From positions 17,982,001-18,046,000 of the forward strand of contig NC_045697.1 in assembly GCF_009834535.1 (NCBI RefSeq): DNA of 64,000 bases, in the 5' to 3' direction. The first letter of the stretch is position 1; the number at the start of each line of letters is the position of its first letter. Source of the DNA: Camelus ferus (Eukaryota). A program made the position numbers and the translations under genes. A model generated the notes under the pieces. It was not told the origin of the DNA, made no database searches, and saw only the letters and a list, made by a program, of their open reading frames with translations. Shown piece after piece: positions 22,301 to 34,300 of the stretch.

Positions 22301-25300
22301 CAGGGCTTAAAAAAGCTTGGCCAGTCTATAGAGTCATCATACTCCAGTATACAAAAGTTGGTTATAAGTCACTTACAGAGGTATGAGGGGATGTAGAGTT
22401 TTTTGATATTGCATCTATGTGTACTTGGCATTTGTTTTCTTTCTGCAGCCTTCTTTTGGTCATCTAACACTCTCTTTTTGAGCCTCTTCCAGCTAAAATT
22501 GCTGTATTAGCATTTGAGGGGAACCTTGGAGTGCCGCAGATTTAAAGAATCAATACTGATAATTCTGCTTTATGAAATAACTTTTCAACAACTTTTCAAC
22601 TACCCTGGGTCCTGTCTGGGCTTTTTTCTCACCCAGACAGCCATGAAGTATAACTTGAATAGGGCATACAACCTTTTTTGAGCAGTGAAATTAAGTGTTT
22701 GTATATCGTTGTACATGTTATATAAAAGCGTGTTATATATTTTTGCATTTAGCTCCTTGGCAAGATGTTGGTTATGATTATCCTCATTGTACACAAACTG
22801 AAATTCAGAATAGTCATATGGCTGGCCAATGTTATTTAGTGTCAGAGCCAGGACTGCCCCAGCTCTTCAAGTCTCATGCTGTTTCTAGCAAGCCTACCTC
22901 AGTGAAGTAGTTTGCAGGTAGCTGTTCAGTGTTTGACTTAAATTTTGATAAATCTCTTTATGCTGAGACCCCTGGCCCTTACTACATCATATCCCCCTTC
23001 CATCAGTGTAGTACCCTCTGGCCTGATCTCCTCCAGTCCACATTGTGTCCCTCAAATGTATTCTCCATAGTAGATCTGATCATGTTACTCTTATTTAAAA
23101 ACTTCCAGTGCCTTCCCATTTCTTAGGACCAAGACCTTTGGATGGCCTGCAGCACACCAGCCTCTCTGCTTTACCCACACTGGTGGCCTTCTCAAACTTG
23201 ACGTATTTTTCTCCTGCCCAGGGCTTGTGTACATCCGTCTTGCCTTCTGGAACACTCCCACCCTGTTCTTCACTTGCTTTCTCCAGCTCTCAGCTTGGAT
23301 ATCACTTACTCAGAGAAGCCTTCTCTAATCCCCAGATTAGATCACGTTCTGTTATACCTGCGTCTGGTTTGTTTCCTTTAAGGCACTTATGGTAGTTGGG
23401 ATGATATACTGTCTGACTGTGTGGTTATGACTATCTTCCCCATGAGACTGTCAGTGTCATGAGCACCCTTTCATTTTGTTCATCATTATATCCCCAGTAT
23501 CTAGCGTAGTGCCTGACCTAAAGTTGGAGTTAAGTATCTGTTGAATGTTAAATACACAGCTGTTGGATGAACAAGATGACCATATGATTACCTTAAAAGT
23601 GCCAGGACTAACTGTGAAACATAATTTGATCTTACAGAATTTAATCTTGTGATCATGTATTCATCTCAGTAGTCATGACAACAAAATGATTCTGCTACAG
23701 TTTTGAGAAATAATTTTGAGAAATAATTATTTCTCATAGAAAATTAAAGTTACTTTCAGTTTTTATTTCTGAAAACTTAGAAATATTTAACCAAGCTAGT
23801 AGCTGTCTGCTGCTGTGATGATGGCGATGATACTGATTTATTTCTGCTCTGTTTTTGTTAGTGGCTCAGAGTCTTTATTATACCATTTGAGTGAACTGAA
23901 AGGAATGGCTTCATGGAAGCAAAAATATGAACCTCTTGGACTTGATGCTGCAGGGATTGAAGGTAGTAATTTAATTCCTCAGTAGAATGCATTAAGCCCA
24001 CTTTACTTATTTGACAGGTGATATTTATGTTTATTTGCTTCCTTTTAGATGCTATTACTGCAGTGGGTTCTTTCATACTCAAGGCAAATGAACTACTTCA
24101 GTAAGTATTGGGAATACTTGAATATTGCAATCACTGATTTGAGACTATTTTACTTTTTACTTATAAAGAAACCTAGCAAATTGTCATGATTTTCTTAAAA
24201 TGAATTTTTAAGTTTTTATCAAAATTATACCTTTACATAGCTAAAACAAGCCTTAGCATAGTGAGTTTCCTAAATTAAAGTGGCCTTCTCCTGTCTCAGG
24301 CGCCCTCACCCCAGGCCTGCTCTCCAGAGGGAATCCTTTTAATGGTGTAACTGTTTCTTTTTACTTCTTTAGGCTACTTCCGTATTTCTAAATTACATGA
24401 TTGTACTGCATTTCTTTTACTTATCAATTCTTAGAAGTTATTCTCTATGTTTTTTCCTAGACTATGTGCTTTCTTTTTTCCTTGCATTGTCTGGCTTTTC
24501 CACATCCTTCGGTTCTTTCTCTGTCTCAAGGGTAGTATTGTATCCGTGGACTTCCCCCTGTCCCTGATGCCTCCTCCTTTGCCTCCGTCCCCCTGCTCCA
24601 GCCTGCGCGTTGGTTCCTAGCTCTCATGCCAGCCCCGCCGTCTAGGCATTTTCTTCACTGCTTTCTTGGGTTAGATTCAGACTTCCAGGATCTCTATTTC
24701 TTGGTTCACTTTATCGTTTGCTGGAAAACATCCTTCAGTAAAGAAAGGACGTTTATCCTTTAGAAAACAGATGTGTTAAGGGTAAGCTTTCTGTGTCCTT
24801 ATGTGTCTTTTCTCCTACCTTTGCACTTAATTGATGGTTTTGACTGGGCATTGGTTGTGAAGGGGAATTCATCTTCTCATAGAACTTGAAAGCATTGCTC
24901 TATTGTATTCTGACCTTGTTGTGATGGAAGTTCTCATGCTTCTGATTTTCATCCCTTTGTGTGTTTTTTCTTTCTCATCTTGAAAAGCTTTATTCTTTAA
25001 CCTTTATATATTGAAATTTCATAGTAATGTTTTAAATGTGGGTTTTTTCATTTATTATGCTGATAATAAGAAAATGCCATTTTAACCTGAATTCTGTTGT
25101 ATTAGTATTTTGATAGTATCCTCTTACTCACCTTTTTTTAAACTAGATTTTTGTTCTAGAATCTAGTTGGTCAAATATTAGATTTGATCTTCTATGTCTC
25201 TTATTTTTTTCTCTCATTTTAAAAATATCTGTTTTCTGTTTCCTGCAAAATTTTCTTGACTTAATTATCCAACACTATCATTCATCACACACACTGAGCA

Positions 25301-28300
25301 TTTAACTATGTTTTAAACACTATTCTAATTGCTAATGGCATAGCAGTGAACAAAACTGATTTTAAAAATCTTGCCTTCATAGATATTATATTCTAACATG
25401 ATGAGACAGACAACAAAGAAATGAATAATTAAAATATATAACAAGTCAGATAGTGATAAGTAGAAGTGGGAAAAACTAATTGGGGAAGAGGATCTAGGGC
25501 AAGCTGGGGGTAGTGGGTACAGTTTTGTGGTCAGGGAAGGCCATACTGAGAAGGTGATGTTGGAAAGGGAGGAGGGAGTGAACCCTGTTGATATTTGGAG
25601 GCAAAGGAGACAGCAAGTACAAAGGCCTTGAGTTTGGAACATGCCTGGCAAATTTGAGGGACCTCAAGGAGTCACTATAGCTAAAGTGAATTAAAGGACA
25701 GTGTGAGAGGTAGGGGATGAATTAAGAGACATCATGGAGGATGGGCCAGGTTGTGTAGGGCCTGTAGGCAGTTGTAAGGACTTTGGCTTTTACTCAGGGT
25801 ATAATAAGAAGCTCTAGGGACTTACGGGTGGTGGACTGACAGGATATGACTTAGGTTTAAAAAGATCCCTTTTGTTATTTACTTGGTGTTGAGAATAGAT
25901 TATATGAGGACGAGGGCAGAAGCCAGGAGAAAATGGTGGTCAGAATCTGAAGTGGTCAGAGCCTGGATATATTTTAAAAGTAGAAATAACAAGATATGCT
26001 GAACGACTGTGTTGATGGTAAAATAAGAGAGTCATGGATAATTATGAGTTTAGGTCCTGAGCATCTTGAAGAGTAGAACTGACATTTACTGAAGTGGGGA
26101 AGGCTTGGGGAGTATATAGAAGTATATATGTATTTTATGTTCCTCAATTTGGTTTATCTGATACTTTTCATGGTTAGATTCAGGTTATGCATCCTTGGCC
26201 AGAATACTACATAATTGGGGGAGTGGCCTTCTCAAGGTATCACATCCAGAGGCAACGATGTTCTTCTACCTTTTCTTACTGATGTTAATTTTGATCACCT
26301 GGTTAGTGTATTAGGCATATTAAATTTGAAACATATTAGGTACCCTGGTGGAGCTGTCTAGCACATTGTTGATTGTATGAGACAATCAAATGAGGGGTCC
26401 AGGCTGGAAATGTAAATTTAGGAGCCATCAGCATATGGCTGTTACTTTAAGCCATGAGCCTGGGTGAGGTAGAGTGTGCTTAGAGGAAAGATCTGAGGAC
26501 TGAGCGATGGGCTTTCCAGCATTTAGAAATGGGGTTGATGGGGCACTAGTGAAAGAACCTGGAGAGGCAGAAAGACCAGGGAGTGAGTGTCCTGCAGGCT
26601 GAGTGAAGGAAGTGTTGCAAAAAGGAATGAGGGATTGGTTGTCTAATGCTGCTGAGTCAAGTAAGGTGAGGACCAAGAATGGAATAGATTGTAGGAATAT
26701 GATCAGAATAGATGATTGGTGACCTTGGTAAGAGACACTTTTGTGGAATCATGGGAGCAGATATGATGCAGAATGAAAACAATTGCAAAGAAAAAGGTTG
26801 TAGTCTCTTGTTTTGCCGTAAAGGGAATGGCCAGCAGTTAGAAATAGTTGTTGGATTTTTCTTTCTTTTTACACTGGGAGAAATTAGAGCATGTTTATAT
26901 ATGATGAGAATGTTCTTCTAGAAGGGGAACAGTTGAGATGACAAAGAGAAGGGAGATGGCTACAGCAAGAGGATACAAGGAGGGAGTGGGACTTAGTGTG
27001 TCAGGGAAGGGGCTGGGGAAATAGTTCCTCCACAGTTACAAGGGACACGGCCGAGGAAAGGGTCATCCGTGTATGAGCAGACGGGGGCTTGGGGATGTTC
27101 ACCTCTGTTGTTTTTATTATCTTAATGGAAATAGGAAATGTTCTGTCATCAACTGAAGGTAAGAATGGGGGGTGGTGTTGAACTTCAAGAGTAAGGAAGA
27201 GCAGCGGTAGGGTATAGCTCGGTGGTAGAGTGCATGCTGAGCATGCACAAAGGTCCTGGGTTCAGTCCCCAGTACCTCCATTAAAATACGCAAACAAACA
27301 AACAAACCTAGTTACCCCCCTCAAAAAAAACCCCCCAAAAACAAAGAGTAAGGAAGAGCTATGAGCCAGTTGTCCAGGACAGTAGGAGGGTGAATGGGCT
27401 AATGGAGCAGGAGCATTGCTGGTGGTGCTAAGGGCCACTTGATGAGCGTTCATGGGAGTGTTAAAGTGAGACCAGCCAGCATGGCTGTGTGGTTTTCTCC
27501 TGTCAGGGTCAGCTGCTTACCCTGCTTGACTGGGAGCACGGGATAGGTGAGCAGTTTGATTTACTAGCCTTGATGAGTAAAAAGGAAGTAAAAGGGAGGC
27601 AAGAAATTGAAGCACGGACATGATTAAAATGATAAACCTCAAGTCTGTACTGGTTTAGGAGGGAAGTGAGAACGGAGTGGGTGAGAGACAGTGAAAGGAG
27701 GTAGAACCAGTAGACGGTAGCCTTGGTAGGACAAATGTTGGGCCACTGGAGAGAAGTCACTGGAAAGATAGTTGGTGGTTGCCAGCAAGTAGGATGCTTG
27801 AAATTGAGATTTAGGAAGTTCAAGTTGGTAATGACGGTCTAGGGTGTGAACTTTGGAATTACAGCCAAGGTGAGATGGAGGATGAGGTCGTTAACCTGAG
27901 CCATGCTATTGAATTTTCTATTATGGTAGTTCTGTCTTTTAATTTCTCAAAGTGTTTTCCTATTTGTTGAATCATTTTTCAAAGCTCTGCTCTTGTTTTG
28001 TGAATGACATCTTCTCACAGCTCTCTAAGGACGTTAATTAGATTTTTTTAAAAGTCTCTGCTGCTCCCTGAATGATCTCCTCTTCATGTGTCACTTTACT
28101 GTTTATGCTGGTCTGTTGTTGCAAGTTTGCTTTGAATACCTGGTGCCTCATTGCTTATATTTATTCGTTAGGCAATTTAAAGTTGCTTGCAATTGCTGGG
28201 TGCAGGGGCAGCCCAAAGGCAGCACGGGTGCCAGAACAGGCGGGCCTGTGCTTGGGCAGCCAGGGCCCGCCCAGATCTGCCTCAGCTCATCCCAGTTTAT

Positions 28301-31300
28301 TCAGCTTCTTCGAAGAACTCTTTTTCAGTGTGGAAGGTAGTAAATGCCCAGGTGTTCATTTGTTTTGGAAAGAACACTTTGGCTACTCTGTATTTCGGTT
28401 TGTCCTCCTTTGTTCAGCCCCACAAATCATCCTGATGTCTTCTGTTGAACTTGACGTTTCTAAGGACTGAGTGTCCCCGGGTTCTGCAGGGCGGATGATG
28501 CCTTGCTACCCTCTTCACTGCCTGCCACTTGGCCGCCTCTGTTGAGCTTCACAAGTCTTCTGTTGGCTTCTGACATTTCTGAAATTTGTTTTAATTTTTA
28601 TCTCTTGTCCTCTTTCTCTGTGTGAGTTGATAACACATACACCCTCCCCACCAATCCACCATCATTTTAATGAGGTTTTAGAAGGTAGAGCTTATTATAG
28701 ATATGTTCAAAGGACAAAATGGGAGGAGAAATGACATTACTTTTCCTGTATGTTGAATTATTTTTTGGTTCACCATATTTGCAGGCAGTAAACACAAAAT
28801 ATTAAACTGTCTATGATCACCTTTTAATATGAATGAAAGGTAGATGATTTAATTTCTTGATCCTTTGAGATAAGTAGAATATAGTGTTATTTTAGGTTAT
28901 AATGGAGAAACTGAGGCAGTGAGAGTTTTGATGTTAGCCTATAACAGATCAGCAGATCAGTGGTTGCCTGGGGTTGGGGTGCGAGTATTGATTAGGAAAG
29001 GCAGAAAGGAACCTTTTTCCTTTTTTTCATTTTTGCTGCAAGAGTTTTGATCATAGTGTTTGGTAGCACAAGAGATGTCACAGTCTTTTATGTCAGGTGT
29101 TTCACTGTATACAGACAGGTTAATGATACTGACCTACTTCTCCAGCAGTATTATGAGACTTAATGCTTTAAAGGAACTTTGAGATTTAGGGGCAAAAAGT
29201 GCATGTATTATTTGCTTAGAGTAATTATCTTAACAAATGGGAGCTTACAGAGATTTTTTTATAAAATGATATATATCTCTATATTCAGAAACAGTTTCAT
29301 CAAAATGAAGATGACTTCCACTTATAACATTTAATTTTGGGGGTGCATTTGTGTAAAGCCCAAGGAAATTCAATTTCTGAAGTCTGTTATTGTAGGATAA
29401 AAGAATCATCTTCCAAAAATAATGGCTTTTGATATAAGACATAGTGATAGTGACATAGTACAGATTTATAATAATGATTTTCTATTGTGGTTGATTTTTT
29501 TTCTTCTTACTGATCAGTGAGTACTTTTTTAAACTGAGGATAATGCTGAAAGCTGTTTTTTTCTGTTCTTTTTTTTTTTTTTTTTTTAATTTCCAAAGCT
29601 AGAAAAGGATTTCATGCTTTACTGAATGCTAGGAAAGACTATTACACAGTTTGTGTCAAGGGTGTTGTAATCAGTTAGAATCTGAGTTATCTGCTTTATT
29701 TTTGAAAAGAATCAGGATTTGCTCTTTTGAAGTTCTATTTTTAGGTTTGTGTTTGATTTGTAAAATCTGTTCTAAAGGCTTAAATGTCATCCATATGGGA
29801 TATAATAATAGAACAGTAAAGATTACTACATTCCACAAGCAATTGAACAATGATACCTGAGCCCCATGTAATAATTTCACTTCTGATTTCTTTTATTTTT
29901 ATCTTTTAGAGTTATAGATAGTAGTATGAAAAACTTCAAAGCATTTTTTCGGTGGCTGTATGTGGGTAAGTTAATTGAATGAAACATTCTTTTTTTTTAA
30001 TATTTTTTAAAAAATTGTGAGAGTATCAATTTAGAATATTTCAATTATTCTATGAAAATTTTAAATGCCTATAGAAGTAGAGAAAATAGTATAAATGACC
30101 CTCTCCCCAGTTCTACCCTCTTCTACCCTCTACCCAGTTTCAGTTTTCAACACATGGCCAGTCTTATTTCTTGTCTACACCCACCCATCTCCATCCCCTG
30201 TAAATATAATTTCTAGCATTGATTGTCTCTATCACTCACTGATAATTAATCCTTTTTTACCTTATAATGTCTCCTTCAGTTAAGATAACATTTTTTAATC
30301 TCTACTTTGTATTAGTCACTGTTAGGTGTTATATTTGGAGGACAAGGGGAGGAGAAAAAAATAAGACATAGCCTCTGCCCGTGAATAACTTAACTCCTGT
30401 CTTAGACTTTGGTCTTCTGTCTGTAGATCTGTGCCATCCATTACGGTAGCTACTGGCCATGTGTGGCTATTTAAATTAGTGGAAATTATATACAATTATA
30501 TGCCTAGTTCCTTAGTCACGCTAGCCACATGTGGTTTGTGGCTGCCATGTTGGACAACACAGAACTAGGACATCTCCATTATCACTTATAGTGGACAGTG
30601 ATGCCTGAGCTAAGTGGAATGCAGACGATTTCTGGCCTTTCTTTGTGTCTCCGCAGTATCTTTGCATTTTTGGTAATTAACAAATAGCTATTGGGGAGGG
30701 TATAGCTCAGTGGCAGAGTGCATGTTAGCATGCATGAGGCCCTGAGTTCAATCCCCAGTACTTCAGTAAAAATAAATAAAATAAATCTAATGACACCCCT
30801 CGCCAAAAACAAAAACAGTTGTTGAGTTGATATTAAATACTTTTCTGCTCACCCTACAGGGCATGCATATTTTATTTGGGCACATTTCTACTACTATTTT
30901 TGTGACCCCTCAATATCTTTGAAATAATTTAGCGTACATTTCCCTCCAACATATGCACAATTTAATTGTTAATGGAATTTATCCCATATTTGTTAAAATT
31001 CTAAAGAGTAAAATAGAATTACCTGTAATGTGCTAACATCCCTTAAACAAATGCCCAAATCTTATATCTGAGATTTTTAAAAAAGACTGTATATTTGTTA
31101 GCCTAATATAATTGTTTTAATTTTTAAAAAATGTGATCTGCAGATGTTAACATTTAAAATTCTTAGATTTTTCTCAAAACCATACCAACACTAGCCAGAA
31201 TGGGGAGCCAAAGTGTTTATCAGGCCAGCCCATTTAATATCAGAGTTAATTAGAACAAATTACAATATTAAAACTAAATGAAACCTTAGAAGTGATTTTC

Positions 31301-34300
31301 TTTTACAGAAGTAGTAGCTTGGTTTTACTTACAATTACTGGAGTAATCGGGCAAATTATATTCTTATTGCATGTCCTAACTGTAATAAGAAGCTGGATTA
31401 GAAGACAAATGAATTACCACTCAGCCCTCATCCTTAGAGCATTGCAGAAAGCACAGTGGATTGAAGAACTGGAGACCTCACTGCAATCAGGCCCTGCCAC
31501 TAGTTGGCACTCTGACCTTGGTTTGCTCTTTCTTAAAATGCAGGCTCTGTGAAGGCAGGACTGCTTTTATACTGCTGTGTCCCTGGTACCTGTATTATGC
31601 TCAATAAGTAGTTTTTGGATGGATAGATGAATGTGTGGAACTAGATTATGGCTGATTTTTCAGATCATTTGGAAGTTAGGATTAAAAACTATTTCTTAAA
31701 ATAATCCGTATTTGCAGAAGCATGTCCAGCATACTTCTTCCTGACCAAGCATAAGCATGGTCAAGCACTATGCAAAAGCACACGCAGCACACTTCTTGAC
31801 TTCGGTGAATGTAATATGTATAGAAAACACAGTATTGATGAAGACAACCTTAGCAAAGGACAAAAAGAGTCAACCACAGATATTAAAGGAAGTGTATAAA
31901 TATGTATATGGACATATGTAAGTGTGTGTCTACACGTATAAATCTTACTGCAAATATCTTCATGTAGCAAAAAAGTCGAAGAGAGAGAAACGCATTTGTT
32001 TGGTATTCTAAGGCTCTCAGAAGAAAAAATTGCTTACACATTTTAAGAGAAGAAACATCACCAGGTTAGGAGGAATCCCTGCACTGTGTAGTCTTAGCCC
32101 AAGGCAACAGTTAGGTTTCTTTGTCTGGAGTGGCAATGGGTTGAATTGAGGAGAAAATGAAAAATAATAGTTTCCTAAGATGGCTAGACCAAGCATTTTG
32201 AACCTGAAAATATGAATCAAATTTGAATTCTTCACCCTTGAGAAGAAAAATGTTTCCTTGGTGAAAAGAAGCTGTTGAAAAATGGAAAATTTAGTCCAGT
32301 GAGATACACTTAGTCTTTGGAATGCATCTGTAATTAAAATTATGTTTGTAGTTTCCCTCTAAAGATAATTTTAAAATTTGTGTTTCCAGCAATGTTGAGA
32401 ATGACAGAAGACCACGTACTTCCTGAGCTGAATAAGGTAGTATATAGTAGTATTTTTGCTAATGTGTTTATATTGCCCTGCTTGAGCTCAGCTTTGCTGA
32501 TCATCTTGGTAGTCTAATGCAATTATTAGTTAATAGGATGTTAGGTTCTAGACACAAGACAAATCCTAGTAAGCCTTTTTTTTAAAATTTGCATGTTTGA
32601 TTTTTTTTTTAATCTCACAGAATGGCTTTATTATGGCTACCTAAATTTATTGTTTTCATGTTTGTGTAAGATTTTATAATCTATATAACATAAGGTGTTT
32701 GGATTCTTTACTTAAACATCCTTAAATCTTAAATGCTTTTTATTTTCCTTGGAAATCTGATTCTTGGATATTAGTGCCTATGCTGACATCTAGTAAGCAC
32801 CAGTTTCTTTCTGACTGTAAGAACTGTTACAAGTAGCAGTGGAGTCACCTTCTAGGAAGATCTTACAGAATAGGGGAAAATTCCCATTGGTTTCCTGCTG
32901 CTCACTCAACCTCACCCCTGCCCAAACTGTCTGATTCAGACAGAATGGGTAATTTCAAGCCTGAAAAAATGAGGAGCATTAAAATTAGCCTTGGTGGACC
33001 AGATGAGTTAGGGATCGCAGCTCTTAAACGAAGTAGATCTTTTGTGCTGTGAATGACTGGCCTTGCAAACCCAGAAGTTCATATTAGCTGTGCCTCTGAC
33101 ATCAATCTTAGCTTTATTTTGGAAGATACAATATGTTAGTTGTTGGGAGAAACTTCAATGTGTAATTTTTTGAGGGCTGAAGAACTGGGGCAGGGAGAAG
33201 GCAGGATCATTGAAAGAAGCAGAGGCCAATACTGAAGCAAGCAATGCTGTTGGGTTACAGCCCTTTATTCAGGTTGTAGCTGTTTATCTGGACTGATAGT
33301 CCCCTCCTCCCAAAGGAGGGACTCCACACACATAGTCTTAGTATAAGGCATAAAATAATAATCAGCTTTAGGCCATAAGGCGTTCTGTAGCTATTGAATT
33401 CACTGATTGGAAAATGGGTTTAAAGGATTTAATTATGTGCTTCTCAGAGCCTAGGATTTCATATTTTCAGAGTTGCCTAATTTGAATTTCTGTTGACATT
33501 TTCTTTGAAGGAACTTTGCCTGCTTGTCCTGTAGCTTTTAGTAGATAGTTTTAAAAGTCACATTTTTTTATTACATAATATTTTATTGGGAGGATTTCTT
33601 TTATGTTGATTTGTTTTCTTTTTGTTCCTTTTGGTTTTGATAGATGACTCAAAAAGATATCACATTTGTTGCTGAATTTCTTACTGAACATTTCAATGAG
33701 GTAGGAAATTGATATTTACATAGTGCTTTTTTTAAAAAAAAATTACAGTAAATCTCGGTAATGGTAAGAAGTAATTGAATTTAATACAATTTAATTGGCA
33801 TTCTAACCAATTATGTATGCTTTTTAAACTATTAAACTAATTAATGGCAGTACTTGTTTATTAAATGTAAGGTATATAAATTGACCTTTTGATTGTATGT
33901 ATGTCTTACCATCCAGAAAAGAAAAGAGTATCTGCCACCAACAGCTTTCTTAAAAAAACGGAGCTTTTGATTTAAATATAAGATTTTTTTTTCTTCGATG
34001 AGTTGACTTAAGAATTAAATTCTATTTATTCTTTCTAGGCTCCAGACCTTTATAATCGAAAAGGAAAATACTTCAACGTTGAAAAAGTTGGTCAGGTATG
34101 AGCTCTGGATTGAACTTAGTTACTAATTATTTTATTTTTAAAAAACTAATTTTAAAACTTTAGCAGTGTTAGTCTTTATTATAGAAAAATTTTTGAAAGT
34201 AATTTAATGGCAAATTATATAGTAGCCCTGCCCTTTTAGTAAAATAACCAAAGAGTAGCAGTTTTTAAACTTACTGGTCTCAGAACCCTGTTACATTCTC

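Noticed and set aside
23701..23728. Small direct repeats (ttttgagaaataa x2 here; tccatctggtatt x2 at 2440-2470; aacttagcagc x2 at about 11056-11083)
   Set aside because: Two-copy micro-duplications typical of replication slippage, with no array structure. They are not CRISPR-like.
27203..27290. tRNA genes at the three tRNA-like sequences (also 6505-6575 and 30693-30765)
   Set aside because: A-rich tails, TSDs and mutual divergence identify them as SINEs rather than functional tRNAs.
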